A stretch of 64,000 bases of DNA from Savitreella phatthalungensis (lineage: Eukaryota): positions 124,001 through 188,000 of the forward strand of contig AP039695.1 of NCBI GenBank assembly GCA_051599415.1, given 5' to 3'. A program made the translations under genes and the position numbers. Below are positions 50,719 through 63,000 of the stretch, in pieces. The stretch's first letter is position 1. Every line of letters starts with the position of its first letter. The notes beneath the pieces were generated by a model, which was not told the origin of the DNA, did no database searches, and saw nothing but the letters and a program-made list of their open reading frames with translations.

Positions 50719-52515
50719 ATGCGCATCGTCTATCGATTTGTGACGCTGGCAGCGCTCATTGTCCTCGTCACCATCTCATTCGGTCCACGGCTACTGTACG
50801 GCGACGACTTCCAGTGGAAGAAACAGATCCCACAGAAATACCTAGACTACATCTCCAAGGCACAGGAGTCCATAAGCAGAGGAGAATACCCGGAAGAGTC
50901 GCTCCCGCTTGATGTCGAGGCCGGAGAAGAGCCGATGGGTGCATATGCGCCAGAGGAGCAGATCGACTTCGACGCGCCTGCACCCAACACACCTGTAGGA
51001 GAGGCCAAGCAGGACGACAAGCAGACAGCAGAAAAGCCTGCGAAGCCTCAAGGGCCAGACGATAGCGGCAAGATTCCCCTCAACAGTATCATGCGAGCAC
51101 CGCTTTGGACGGCATCCGAGGCACAGCGTCGCAATTCAAAGTCCTGTCCGCCGGAGGACGCCAACTTTGACCGGAACCTTGTGCACGACAGCAGCGCACT
51201 ATGGGCCAAGGTTTCGACGCGCGATATCATCAAGTGGCGGCGGGATATGGTCAACCACGTGGCAAAAGCCAAGCACTCTGGCAAGACAGCAGGTAGAGGT
51301 ATCGTGATGGCGGCAGGAGAGACTGACGCAATCGAGCGTGCCCTCGTCAACATTCGCATTCTTCGTGCGCACGCCTGCAAGCTGCCGGTTGAGATTTACT
51401 ACTTTACAGAGGAGCGCAACAGCATCACACGCGCTCACGAGGATGAGCTGCGTGGCATGAACGCGAAGCTTGTCGAGCTCAAAAATGTCGCGAAAGGGGA
51501 TGGCTGGAAAGCGTTCCACATCAAGGCTGTCGCCATGCAACGCTCGTCCTTTGACGAAATCCTCTTCCTCGATTCAGACTCATACACCCTGCGTGACCCA
51601 GCGTATCTGTTCGACACGCCGCAATTCAAGGAGCGCGGCGTCATGCTTTGGCCAGATTACACAAAGTCACATCCGCTCAATCCGGTCTGGCGGCTGCTCG
51701 GACAACCCTGTAGGCCCGAGTTCGAGGCAGAGACTGGTCAGATCATGGTCGATCGTCGCCGCCATCAGGACGTGCTTTTCCTGGCAGAGTATTTTGCCCT
51801 CGAGTGGAAGACCTATTACAGCTTCATGGGCGGCGATCGTGAATCGTTCCGTATCGCATGTCTGGCACTCGGTGTTAAGTGGGCTGGTCCAGGACGCATG
51901 ATGGCCATGGGCGGCGTGGATGCACCTGAGCACCCAGGAGGTCACTGGAACCTGGAGATTGCCGGAATTGATATCGAGGGTCCTCCTGAGGGCGCGCACA
52001 CAGGCGGACACACTATGCTTCAAGCAGATCCGTCTGGCAAGTGGCTCTTTGTCCATGCGAACCTGATTAAGCACGTGCATCTATCGCGGGCGAATGAGGT
52101 CACCTGGGCTCGCGTAACACGTCTAAAGCAGGACAAGTACGTCGATGGGACGACTTATGGAGACATTGCACCGTTCGAGGACAAGTCGGAACCGGCAAAG
52201 TCGGCGCACGAGCAACTGCTCGAGGACGGGCAGCAGCCTGTCCAGCAGGCCCAGCAGAAGGACGACGTCGATCCCGAGGGAAATCCCGTTCCTGCAGCGG
52301 TGATCGTGCACAAGCCGAAAGAGACGAAATCGAACGCGAAACTTGGCGATGGAATCCGCACCCATGTCTCCGAGAACCCTAACATGGTCGTCACCATGTG
52401 GCTACTCCCGCAATTCAGGGAGGCAGACCTCATCACCGAAGAAGACTGGGCACGTGACGCTGATCTTGCCGGGTTCGAAGACCTCTACTTCGAGATGGGC
52501 GGTATCCGCCAGTGA
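50719..52515 (+). CDS. Golgi alpha-1,2-mannosyltransferase, GT71 (Mnn2/Mnn5-like)
   Basis: Type II TM anchor, GRGIVMAAG, LPVEIY, IKAVAM..SSFDEILFLDSD, GVMLWPDY, ETGQIMVD and GDRESF. Confidence 0.85.
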   Translation: MRIVYRFVTLAALIVLVTISFGPRLLYGDDFQWKKQIPQKYLDYISKAQESISRGEYPEESLPLDVEAGEEPMGAYAPEEQIDFDAPAPNTPVGEAKQDDKQTAEKPAKPQGPDDSGKIPLNSIMRAPLWTASEAQRRNSKSCPPEDANFDRNLVHDSSALWAKVSTRDIIKWRRDMVNHVAKAKHSGKTAGRGIVMAAGETDAIERALVNIRILRAHACKLPVEIYYFTEERNSITRAHEDELRGMNAKLVELKNVAKGDGWKAFHIKAVAMQRSSFDEILFLDSDSYTLRDPAYLFDTPQFKERGVMLWPDYTKSHPLNPVWRLLGQPCRPEFEAETGQIMVDRRRHQDVLFLAEYFALEWKTYYSFMGGDRESFRIACLALGVKWAGPGRMMAMGGVDAPEHPGGHWNLEIAGIDIEGPPEGAHTGGHTMLQADPSGKWLFVHANLIKHVHLSRANEVTWARVTRLKQDKYVDGTTYGDIAPFEDKSEPAKSAHEQLLEDGQQPVQQAQQKDDVDPEGNPVPAAVIVHKPKETKSNAKLGDGIRTHVSENPNMVVTMWLLPQFREADLITEEDWARDADLAGFEDLYFEMGGIRQ

Positions 52516-52818
52516 GTAGCTCCATGGCCCCTCAGTCCCAAATACAGGGACATCTAATGTATGTGTTAGAGCTACGACTCGAGTGTGTCTGCAGTCCTCG
52601 CTTGATCTTGCCTTGCCTTGCATTGCCCTGCCTTGAGTACCACTGCTTGCTCGTACATTGACAAATTCAGCCGAGCTGAGCTTAAATCAATCGACGTCAT
52701 TTTCATCTCCGAAGCGCATGAATGCATCCAAATACCAAAACACACCTACCTTCATCCATACTCACACGAGTGCGCCTGTCCTATTAAGAGGACAGTAGCG
52801 CATCCTGACAACGTCTAC

Positions 52819-54039
52819 ATGAGTGGCGGGGCTGGCGAGTCTGCACTAGCGGCATTTCAGTCGAGCGTCGCCATCCTGATCATCATCGGCACTGGCTTCC
52901 TTGCTCGGCGGCACAATCTATTAGACGAGCATGGCGAATCGCAAATCTCGTTCTTGGCAAACAACCTGTTCCTGCCGCTGCTGCTGGTGTCTGAGGTCGG
53001 CTCGAACTTGAAGTCGAGCACGGTGTTGTCGATGTGGCCGCTTCTGGCGTTTGCCGCGAGCGAGATGGTGTTTGCGTACGTGCTCGGTGTGGCCGGTCGT
53101 AGGTTCTTCAACTTCCCGCAGTGGATCACCCCAGCACTCATCTTCAACAACACCACCAGCCTCCCGCTCCTCCTAGCCCGCAACCTCAAGCAGACAGGCA
53201 CGATGGAACAGCTCTTGAACGGGCCAGGAGACGACGCTGCAGCTGCACTCGACAGGTGCGAGACATACATCCTCGTCTCCGCAGTCCTCCACACCATCGC
53301 AAGATTCAGTATCGGTCCGCGACTGATGAGAAGCGAGGATGAGAAGCACGGCATTGGGGGTGGCGAGCCAGATACCGCGTACGAATCCGATGGGCAGGAT
53401 GAGGAGACAGAGGAACGGACGGCGCTGTTGCCACATCACCGGCCACGGCACGCGGATGACAGGTGGTGGAAACGAGTCTGGCGAAGGACGGAGTACGTGC
53501 GGAGCTTCTTCAACCCTGCGTTGTCGGGAGCAGTGGTGGCTGTGTTCTTAGGTCTTGTGCCCTTTACACACACCGCCTTCTTCTCCAGCTCGGGCGTGTT
53601 CAAGAAGAACCTAACACAGGCGCTCAAACAGATGGGCGACCTCATCACCGCCCTGCTGCCATTCGCCGTCGGAAGCAAGCTTTTCAGCAAGCCCTCGCCA
53701 CCAGCACAAGCACGTACCTGGACCAACACCTTCGCCCTCCTCTACCTCGTCCTCGTCAGGTACGCGGTCATTCCAGGACTCTGCTGCCTCGCCGTCTACC
53801 TCGCTCGCTCACACAACCCAGAAGCCTGGAAAAAGGACCCGGCATTAGACTTTGCACTCATGATCTCAGGCGCAGGACCACCAGCCATCACGCTCATGTC
53901 AATCACGGAAATCGCAGCAGCTTCACCAGAGATGATTGGCCAAGTAGCCAGAGTCCTCATGGTCTCTTACATCTTCACACCAGGACTCAGTGGCACCGTC
54001 GTCGCAGCACTCGCCATCATCAAGAAGGTATATCACTAA
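52819..54039 (+). CDS. Auxin-efflux-carrier/PILS (Mem_trans) family transporter
   Basis: ATG at 52819. Two TM bundles around an acidic loop, with NLFLPLLL, FNNTTSLPLLL, FFNPAL and GPPAITL motifs. Confidence 0.82.
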   Translation: MSGGAGESALAAFQSSVAILIIIGTGFLARRHNLLDEHGESQISFLANNLFLPLLLVSEVGSNLKSSTVLSMWPLLAFAASEMVFAYVLGVAGRRFFNFPQWITPALIFNNTTSLPLLLARNLKQTGTMEQLLNGPGDDAAAALDRCETYILVSAVLHTIARFSIGPRLMRSEDEKHGIGGGEPDTAYESDGQDEETEERTALLPHHRPRHADDRWWKRVWRRTEYVRSFFNPALSGAVVAVFLGLVPFTHTAFFSSSGVFKKNLTQALKQMGDLITALLPFAVGSKLFSKPSPPAQARTWTNTFALLYLVLVRYAVIPGLCCLAVYLARSHNPEAWKKDPALDFALMISGAGPPAITLMSITEIAAASPEMIGQVARVLMVSYIFTPGLSGTVVAALAIIKKVYH

Positions 54040-54545
54040 AGTCTTGAGTGTTCTCAGTTATTGTACATAATTCCTGTGTTCTAGTATCATGCATCCGCTG
54101 AGGATTGTGGCGTTCGCTTCACCTGAAAGTGGCTTATGTGTGATCTGGTGCGTGGGAAAGTTTTTCAACCATTCGATTTCTCCTGATATTCTGTCTATAC
54201 TAATGATCAAATTCAGATTTCTTTGATTTTCAATCCAGATTTTATACCGAAGCATACTCCCCGACAGGAACTCCACCTCTGATCCCCTATCCTCACTACT
54301 GTCTCTCTGTGTCACTCTCCCTCACCGTTAGACACACTACCAAGGCCATCCACACTACAGTGACCCGGTGCAGCGTCTGGCGCGAGTCAAGCCGTAGCAG
54401 CACTAGCACTACCAGCCAGTAGCAGCACGACCAAACACCCGCCTGTGGCCTCCATCCGTCTCTCTCTAGCAAGCAAGGACGTCAAGGCTAAAGACGCTCT
54501 ACAAGACAACCTAGGTGTCACACACATATACACACATACACAAAG

Positions 54546-54884
54546 ATGGTCAACAACCGTGTCACCTACCGTCGCCAGACGCCCTACAACACGCGGTCGA
54601 ACCGTGTGCGCCTGGTGAAGACTCCCGGCAACACATTGCGGTACGCTCACCTGAAGAAGCTCGGTACGTCGCCTAAGTGCGGTGACTGCGGTGAGGCGCT
54701 GGCCGGTATCCCTGCGCTGAGGCCTCGCAAGTACGCTACGATCTCGAAGCCGAAGAAGACGGTGACTCGGGCGTACGGTGGCTCGCGATGCGCCAATTGC
54801 GTCAAGGACCGTGTCGTCAGAGCGTTCCTGATCGAGGAGCAGCAGATCGTCAAGTCCGTCCTCAGACAGCAGGCAGCAAAATAG
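54546..54884 (+). CDS. rpl34: 60S ribosomal protein L34 (eL34), intronless
   Basis: RVTYRRQTPYNTRSNR..VKTPG, PKCGDCG..LAGIPALRP and RAYGGSRCANCVKDRVVRAFLIEEQ. Confidence 0.97.
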   Translation: MVNNRVTYRRQTPYNTRSNRVRLVKTPGNTLRYAHLKKLGTSPKCGDCGEALAGIPALRPRKYATISKPKKTVTRAYGGSRCANCVKDRVVRAFLIEEQQIVKSVLRQQAAK

Positions 54885-55189
54885 ACGTTCTCCGACCTTT
54901 TCCACTTTTACACACACACACGTGCGCGCGACACAATGCTCACAAAGGCGGGAATACCATAGCGGAGCATCGCATCAAGAAAATCCCACACCAACAAAAT
55001 CATATCGGTCGCTCGAGCGCTCGATGGAACTTGAGTGATGGAAGAAGTCGAAGCCTAGCTCACCAAAACCCTCCCACGCAAATGACGAATTATACTGTTA
55101 TAAGAACTACGATCGACTCCTTGTGTGTGTCTGTTGAGATGTAGATTAAAAGGCTGTGTGTGACATGTGTGGAAGAAGTGGTGGACGGA

Positions 55190-56335
55190 CTATGTGGAAA
55201 AGGGTGGATGTCGTTGTGAGGAGTTGGGATCGCCTGAGTGTGAAGGTGTAGCGAGTGGTGGATCCTCCTCCTCGACCACCACCACCTCTTCCACTTCTTC
55301 GTCCTCAGACGATATTTCAGGACCGACCAACCCAATATACCGTCGCAGCCAGGCCATCTTGGGACCGCTCCTTGCACGGGACGACACCTTGAAGCCGTAG
55401 ATCCTCGGGAGGTATGGTTCTGGGATTGCTGGCGGGGTTGGAGCTGTGAGGGTGGGTGGTTCTAGGGTTGGTGGTTGGGTGCGTGGTTGGAGTGCGGGCA
55501 GACGGTTGAGGAGGTCTGGGAAGGTGAGGAAGAAGAGGTGTGGGAAGGTTGTGCCGAAGAAAGCGCCGTCGATGTTGTGGAATCTCGAGTTTGGCGGGAC
55601 GTAGACGTCCAGGCAGTTCGGGCAGTACAGCTTCACGCTCTCCTGAGAAGGAATGTCGCTCAACCCGACCGGCACCACACCAGTCCGCTCACAGAACGCC
55701 CGTGGGCAAGTCCCAAAATGCCCACCTTCGTACTTCTCAGCCATCGACGCAAGTCCAGCACGCGACACGATATACCGGCTGTGGATCAACCCGTACAGCA
55801 GCTCGGCAGACGCCTCGATCGCCGATTGGTCTGCTGCAGATCGACCTCCTCCACCACGACCGCCGCCGGCGTGACCGTTTGCATGACCCTTGCCGTCCAG
55901 GTCGGAGTCCTCTTCGTCGTCCTCGTCCGGCTCTAGGTCGAGGATGAGCTCGAACGCTTCTCTGTAGTTGGCGACGGCTGTGTGGAGACCTGTCATGTTG
56001 AAGTCGTCCTCGATGAATTCCTCGGGCACCTCGCAGAAGTACTCGTGACCGAGGTGCGTACACCACCACGTGATCCAGCTCAAGCTCTCAGACGTCGACG
56101 ACATCAAACCCTCACTCCCAAGCAAATCCTCCTCGTCCTCATCCTCCTCCGACGCGTCCTCGGAATCATCGCTTCGCCATGACCCAACCAACAGGTCCTG
56201 CCCGTCCAGACGAGGCTCCTCTATCGATAGTACTTGCGTCTGTGATCGTGATTGCTGCTGCTGCTGCTGGTGGCGCAGACGTTGTCGATCGAGAAGATCG
56301 TCTTGGTCATTAGACATGAGCCCTGAATTGCTCAT
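55190..56335 (-). CDS. ckb1: Casein kinase II regulatory beta subunit
   Basis: SWITWWC..GHEYFCEVPEEFIEDDFNMTGL, LYGLIHSRYI, FGTCPR, VKLYCPNCLDVY, IDGAFFGTTFPHLF and PRIYGFKV. Confidence 0.95.
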   Translation of the reverse strand: MSNSGLMSNDQDDLLDRQRLRHQQQQQQSRSQTQVLSIEEPRLDGQDLLVGSWRSDDSEDASEEDEDEEDLLGSEGLMSSTSESLSWITWWCTHLGHEYFCEVPEEFIEDDFNMTGLHTAVANYREAFELILDLEPDEDDEEDSDLDGKGHANGHAGGGRGGGGRSAADQSAIEASAELLYGLIHSRYIVSRAGLASMAEKYEGGHFGTCPRAFCERTGVVPVGLSDIPSQESVKLYCPNCLDVYVPPNSRFHNIDGAFFGTTFPHLFFLTFPDLLNRLPALQPRTQPPTLEPPTLTAPTPPAIPEPYLPRIYGFKVSSRARSGPKMAWLRRYIGLVGPEISSEDEEVEEVVVVEEEDPPLATPSHSGDPNSSQRHPPFST

Positions 56336-56479
56336 CGTGGAGGAACCTGCCTTTTCCTAGTGACCGTCGTTCGGACAGGAGACACTTTCCAAGATTCGTG
56401 TCGTGTGGTATTCCAGATTACCGTGCCATGAAGAGCGTCGGGTGGATGATGCGCAAGCGCGAGCCTTGATGTTGCTCTA

Positions 56480-56681
56480 CTGGAAACACCCCTGTTAGTA
56501 GGGCAATTGGGAAATTTGCGATCGTGACAGGGCAGCGCGGCTGAGCTGTTGACCGACTCGGAATAGATTGCTGGTACTCAAGAAGGTACCCCGTCCGTAA
56601 TACTGTTGTACAGAACCTTCTCTCTACTTGCTAGAGAGCTATTGTAGAGCCTGTCCAGTTGACCCCTTATCTTGCACTTAC
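56480..56681 (-). other. Putative 202-nt 5'-UTR intron of ckb1
   Basis: Minus strand: GTAAGT at 56681, TACTAAC at 56500-56494, TTTCCAG ending 56480. Internal stem 56526-56531/56650-56655. Confidence 0.6.
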
Positions 56682-57078
56682 TCGCGTATCTCTGAATCAC
56701 ACGTAACCTGCGGATGCACGTTCAGCTGCTCGCTTCATGAAATCACGCAAACAGAAGAACAAAGACACACGTGATTTGGGCTGGATGAGACGACCGATAA
56801 GCAACAGCACAGCACAGCTCAGCAAGATAGAATATAGGCTGGAGAGAAGCAAGTCAGCTCTTGTGCACACGACGAACAACACGCTCAGCGACACAGGATG
56901 TAAACAAGGTGCGAGTCAAGTCACATGAGGAAGGTCTTCTCACCGAGAGGGATATTCCATAAAGACAGACAGATAAATAGATCGGGCCAAGAAGCACTAG
57001 GCCTGCGACGTTGATAACTGAGGTTGAGCTCCGAGCGACCAGAGAAGTGGAGCAAAATTCGAGTGATCATCGACCTGC

Positions 57079-57417
57079 TCAGTCGATCGACTTGTTGAAC
57101 TTCTCGTAGAGGTCCTTTGGGAGGGATGCCATGACTGTGTGTGAGTGGAGTGCGCCTGGTGCTTCCTTTGGTGGGTTGCGAGGGTCTCCTCCTGGGTGGT
57201 AGAGGTACTTGAAGTTGCCTCCTTCCTCGCCCTCGCCGTCCTGGTGCCAGGGCATGCCTTCCTGCGGGATCTGCACGTTCGCTTCAGGTTTTGCGTTTCC
57301 ACCCTTCTTGCCCAGGTGGTAGCCTGCAGCGCCAAAGATAGCAGCGTAGATGGAAGCGAGCACGTAGAGCTCAGGGTCCTTGCGACCCCAGCGCATCATG
57401 TTGCTTGCCTTTGACAT
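57079..57417 (-). CDS. Small single-TM protein, possibly NDUFA4/MLRQ (B12D)-like mitochondrial protein
   Basis: 'DPELYVL' followed by a TM helix, and a conserved-looking tail 'YLYHPGGDPRNPPKEAPGAL'; strong codon bias. Confidence 0.55.
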   Translation of the reverse strand: MSKASNMMRWGRKDPELYVLASIYAAIFGAAGYHLGKKGGNAKPEANVQIPQEGMPWHQDGEGEEGGNFKYLYHPGGDPRNPPKEAPGALHSHTVMASLPKDLYEKFNKSID

Positions 57418-57636
57418 GTTGAATCGTTTACTAGATTATTTTCGAGCTTCAGTTCACGATCGTAGAACGTTTGACTCTTGATATGAGGTTATCGATCGCG
57501 ACTTTGGCGGAGACGAGAGACTGCTGTGATGGAGGTGCTGCTGCGTGTGGATGGATGGCCGAGTGAGGTCACCGGTAGAGCCTTCGGTGTAAGGGATCAG
57601 CGCGGGTGAGTATAGGAGCGTGTAGGTGAGTAAGGG

Positions 57637-57701
57637 AGTGAGTGAGTGAGTGAGTGAGTGAGTGAGTGAGTGAGTGAGTGAGTGAGTGAGTGAGTGAGTG
57701 A
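57637..57701. repeat. (GAGT)n microsatellite, ~16 units
   Basis: gagtgagtgagt... read directly. Confidence 0.95.
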
Positions 57702-59429
57702 TTGGAGCGAGTGGTTGAGTTTGGTGGAAAGATTCAAAGCAGCGATCGCAACAGGTGGAGCAGGAAGGGTCTGTGATCGAGTGTAGAGCGGAGTTTGAGT
57801 ATTTTGACAGTTCTCAGATTGGCAATTCAATAAAATCGACCGCGAAAAATTAGACGACGTCATTGATGCACGTGAATCTATCAAAAAACTCTGTCTGAAT
57901 GCACAAACATGAGTATATTCTACAGAGTAGGAATCCAAGAGGGAAAACGGGCGAGAACAATCACGCTGCAGCCATTGATGGCCCTTCAGAGTCACTCTCG
58001 TCAGACAGAATTCATCTGTTGCTGATCATCGGACGACCGAGAGCGGGTGGCTGCAGCGATGAAGGTGTCTCTAATGGCTCAGAGGGTAGAACCTCACAGG
58101 GTTTGCGTAGTGAAGATGAGCGCGGTCTGTTCATCAGCCAGTGAATTCGCAGTTTCATCAAGCACAAGGGCTCAAGGACATATGGAGCATGAAGCTCTTT
58201 GGAGACATCTGGTCAATGCTTGACTGCTAATGATGGATTGATTCCGGGCAGATTGATGGCAAGCTCTTCATTATCTGCACGTGCATGTAAATCACTCGTT
58301 CATCCAGTCATTCTCTTTTCTTTGAAGCCAGATGCACACATAGAGTATCGCTACTGCGAAACATACAGAGTATTGCTACTGCCAGGGACATAGAGTAATG
58401 CTTACTGCTCTGGCAGTGCTAAGCTCGATCTCTTGACCATGTACAAGACAGAGAGAGATATGGTCCAATTGGACTTTTGTCCCCAACATTGATGCAGATC
58501 TTATGATCCTGACTGAGCATTGCCGGGTGAAGCCACTTGGCGACTCATACGGGTATCCCAGATGAATCTATTTCTGAAAATAAGCGTAAAACTTCTCGTC
58601 TCAATTTGGCAGAGCTGATCTACGCTTTCCTCGCATGGTTCAATTTGAGATCCCGCACCTAGATCGAAACTGTCCAATTAAAACAGTGGAAAGACGTCGC
58701 AAGAGAAATCGAGGGTATGAATAGAGTCTACAATTGATAACTCTGTACCTAATTCTACAGGGTCCATCTAGCTAGAATATCAAGATGAAACAAAATTTGG
58801 TTGGAAGGATTGATGGGAAAGTGACTGTATCTAGATTGAGCAAACTGTTCACTCTGCACAACCATAAGTCTATGCCATACGCTTCACTGTTTACAGCCTA
58901 TTCAATTTTCCCTCTGCGGCTAAAGTATCAAGCGGTATCTGGAGGGAGTAAAAATACTTGTAGCCCTCGGTGGGTCATGCTCAGGCAGGTGTCACTGTCG
59001 CTAGAACGGGTAGAAATAGATTTGAATCAAGTCTGAACTGAAATTGGAAATAAATAGTCTTGAGACTCGTACACTGTTACTCGTGAGAAGCCATTTAGCC
59101 AGCTCGAGTGGGATTAGATCTTTAACAGAGCGTGATGAACTGAGGATTGAATTGACGTGGAAGAGACCTGAGGTATACGCCTGTCCAGTCACAAGAGCCA
59201 AGAAATCAGCCAGTAAATGGAAGCAGTCAGTCAGGCAATCAGGCAATTAGGCATCAGGCAATCAGGCAGTCTACCTTCTCCTGCTTTACACTCTACAATT
59301 TAAACCAGACCCGCCCAACAAAATCATCTCAAAAAATCTCTCCTCTCTTCCTTTTCCCCTTTTGTCCCTCATCTATTCCTCAACCTCTTTTGATCAGACC
59401 AAGTACAGCTGTCCTGGAAGCACTCAGAG

Positions 59430-59536
59430 TCAGAGGTAGACAGACAGTGAGCAAGAGAGACAGAGAGAGATATAGAGAGCAAGAGACAGAGAGAGAGAGC
59501 GAGAGGAAGAGGTAGACAGAGAGGCAGAGAGAGACA
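59430..59536. repeat. Degenerate (GA)n tract in the HMG-CoA reductase upstream region
   Basis: agagagacagagagagatatagagagc... following a CT-rich tract at ~59335-59390. Confidence 0.7.
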
Positions 59537-60034
59537 GGCTCTGAATTTCCCATCATCGACGCGCCAATCCTCGCGTCTCTCTAACGACGTGCCTAAGCTC
59601 CATCCCCGGCATCAGACCTCATACTCATCCTCATCCATCCTATCCTTGACCATAGACCAGCTTATCATCCTCCTGATCAACGTCTGGCCACAATTTTCCA
59701 AGATAACTCCCTGCCTTCCGGTTCACGGCAGTAGCAAGCTCAACTCTTGCGCCAGAACACTCCGCAAATAGGCGTGACCTTCTGACTGTCCGGACTTATT
59801 CGTCAACGGACGTTCGGCAGCACCCGAACGACTTCTGATCTTCTCATCTTAGATCAGGTCTGCGCGGAGTGACCACTTTACACTCAATCGTCTTCTCCCG
59901 GACGACCTCCTGGCGAGGTGCTAGGCACAACTTCGCTCCAGAGAGCTCACAGATACTGGATCTCACAGCATTGACCGTACTTGCCTAGTTTCCTCATTCA
60001 CGCTCTCTATCTTGTCTCGGTCTAGCTGCCCGCC

Positions 60035-63000
60035 ATGCTGAAGACCATCAGCGGTGCAGTCTCACAGTTTCCAATCCACACCCTTGTCCTCGTCTCAATA
60101 CTTAGCTCCTTATGCTACTTTCACCTGCTAGAGGTCGTTCGCAGTGGCCAGCTCGACACCACATCGCACTACTCTGGCGAGACACGTGCCCGGCAGCTGC
60201 AACACCTCATCGGAGGCCTGGTGCGTAGCGATACACGCGGTTGGACCTGGCAGAACTTGGCCGATGCAAACACAGACTACACCCTCGCGCAGGTCGTCTA
60301 CCCTTCTGCAAACAAGTTGGCTCCTGCGCAGATCCAGACTGCCTTCGCCGACGTCTGCCACAAGCTCAAAGGTGAAGCAGCATGTCGAACGTTCATCCTT
60401 CCATCAAGTGCTACACAGTCGACTCTCCAAATGGTGCTAAAGCGAATTAGTGCAGGAGACGCAATAGCTCGCCTCCAGTCAGTCCGACACGACGACCTGC
60501 ATTTTGACCGCGTCCTCCCATCTCCTGCATCTCTGAGACCAGACATGATCTGGATCGTGCAATCGTTCTCTGACATCTACCAGAAGACACGCGAGCTCAT
60601 AGCACAGGCGTCCAACATCGACATCGCTATCATCGGCTTCGGCTACCTGGCCATGTACTCCGTCTTCATTTCTGTCTTCATCAACATGCGTACTCTGGGA
60701 AGCTCGTTCTGGCTAGCCAGCAGCGTCATCCTTTCTTCAATCTTCGCTTTCATCTTTGCTCTTGTCACAGTCAATGCACTCGGCCGGCCCATCAATCCAA
60801 TTCTGTTGTCCGAAGGTCTGCCTTTCCTCGTCGTCACCATCGGCTTTGAGAAGCCATTCCTTCTCACCAAGGCAGTGCTGTCTGCTAGCCCGGCCACCTC
60901 GAGTAGGCCGATTCGCGATGATGTCCTCGCCGGAATTCACAGCAAGGGCTTCTCGATTTTGCGCGACTATGCACTTGAGATTGGCGTCCTAGTGGCTGGC
61001 GCCATGTCCGGCGTCAACGGCCTTCGTCAGTTCTGCTTCTTGGCGGCTTTCATCCTTGCATACGACTGTCTCCTGCTTTTCACATTCTACACCGCGATCC
61101 TCTCCATCAAGCTCGAGATCCTTCGTATCAAGCGTCACCAGAGTATCCGCAGAGCACTCGAAGAGGAGGGCATGTCGTACAAGTCTGCAGAGCGCGTCGC
61201 CTTGGCCAACGACCCACGTGGTCCAGGTGACAAGATCTCATCCAGCTTCAAGGCCGACATGGGTATGTTCTCCCTGTTTGGCGGCAAGAAGGTACGTGAC
61301 TCAACCGTCAAGCGCTTCAAGCTGGCCATGGTCACCGCGTTTGTCCTGCTGAATGTGCTCAACATCTCACCGCTTGCTCTCGACAACTTTGTCAGCGCAA
61401 GGAGTTCTCTTGACGCCAGCATCAACTCGCAGAGTCCTCTGCATTTCGCTGTCCTGCTGAATGCGCTTGAGGCGACTGGATTTACTGGCAGCGTGGCTGT
61501 GCTTGCACCTGTGAAGCTCACCAGCACCTCACTCACCTCTTCAGCACTCGTCCACTTCCTTGAAAACTGGACAAAGACGGTGGGTGATCCGATTCTATCA
61601 AAGTGGATCGTCATCATCCTTGCCATGTCGATCTTCTTCAATGCATATCTCTTCAACGCAGCTCGCGTTGGACTTGTCACTCAGACCACACAGCCACAGA
61701 CCCCAACGGTGGTCGAGAAGGAGGTTGTCAAGTACGTCGACCGCTTCCCTGGACTCCACCCGCGTCACACCGCTGACATACCGCCATCGCGGCCAATCAC
61801 CGAGTGCGAGGAGCTTCACAAGGCAGGAAAGACACGTGAGCTGACCGACGAAGAGCTCAGCTTGCTTGTGATCCGAGGCAAGATTCCGCCATACGCGCTT
61901 GAGAAGCTTCTCGGCAACCTTGAGCGAGCCGTTCGGGTTCGTCGTGCATTCGTGTCCCGGACCTCGACGACAAAGACACTTGAGAAGTCAGAACTGCCGC
62001 TCGAGAACTTCGACTACCAGCGCGTCATGGGTGCATGCTGCGAGAACGTCATCGGGTATCTGCCGCTCCCCATCGGTGTCGCCGGCCCTCTCCTGATCGA
62101 CGGCAAATCGGTCTTCCTGCCGATGGCCACAACGGAAGGTTGTTTGGTAGCATCTACTCAGCGCGGCTGCAAGGCTATGAACGCCGGCGGTGGCGTGTCG
62201 ACCGTCTTGACTGGCGATGGCATGACGCGTGGGCCGTGCGTGGCATTTCCGGGCGTCAAACGCGCCGGTGCAGCCAAGATCTGGCTGGACTCTCCCGACG
62301 GTCAAAAACGTATTAAGGCAGCGTTCGATTCGACTTCCCGCTTCGCCCGTCTCCAAAGCACAAAGACAGCGCTCGCTGGACCGAACCTCTTCATCCGCTT
62401 CCGCACCACGACAGGCGACGCAATGGGCATGAACATGATTTCCAAGGGTGTCGAGCACGCACTCAAATACATGTCCGAGGAGGCAGGATTTGCCGACATG
62501 CAGATCATCTCACTGTCAGGTAATTACTGCACAGACAAGAAACCTGCAGCGATCAACTGGATCGAAGGGCGTGGCAAGTCCGTTGTGGCAGAAGCCGTTG
62601 TACCCGGAGACATCGTCAAATCTGTACTGAAATCATCGGTCGACGCAATGGTCGACCTCAACATCCGGAAAAACCTGATCGGATCTGCAATGGCTGGAAG
62701 CATCGGTGGCTTCAACGCCCACGCAGCCAATATCCTGACTGCCGTCTTCCTCGCCACCGGCCAGGATCCAGCACAGAACGTGGAATCATCTCAGTGCATG
62801 ACACTGATGTCGAATGTCGGCGGCGACCTCCATATCTCAGTCAGCATGCCCTGTATCGAGGTCGGGACGATCGGCGGCGGCACGATCCTCGGCCCACAAG
62901 CAGCGATGCTAGACCTCCTGGGTGTCAAAGGTCCTCACCCGGATCGCCCCGGAGACAACGCGAAACAACTGGCCCGCATCATCGCCTCGGCCTGTCTCGC

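Noticed and set aside
56402..56703. RNase P/MRP-like RNA on the + strand
   Set aside because: Conserved regions CR-I to CR-V do not match convincingly; perfect splice signals on the minus strand explain the region better.
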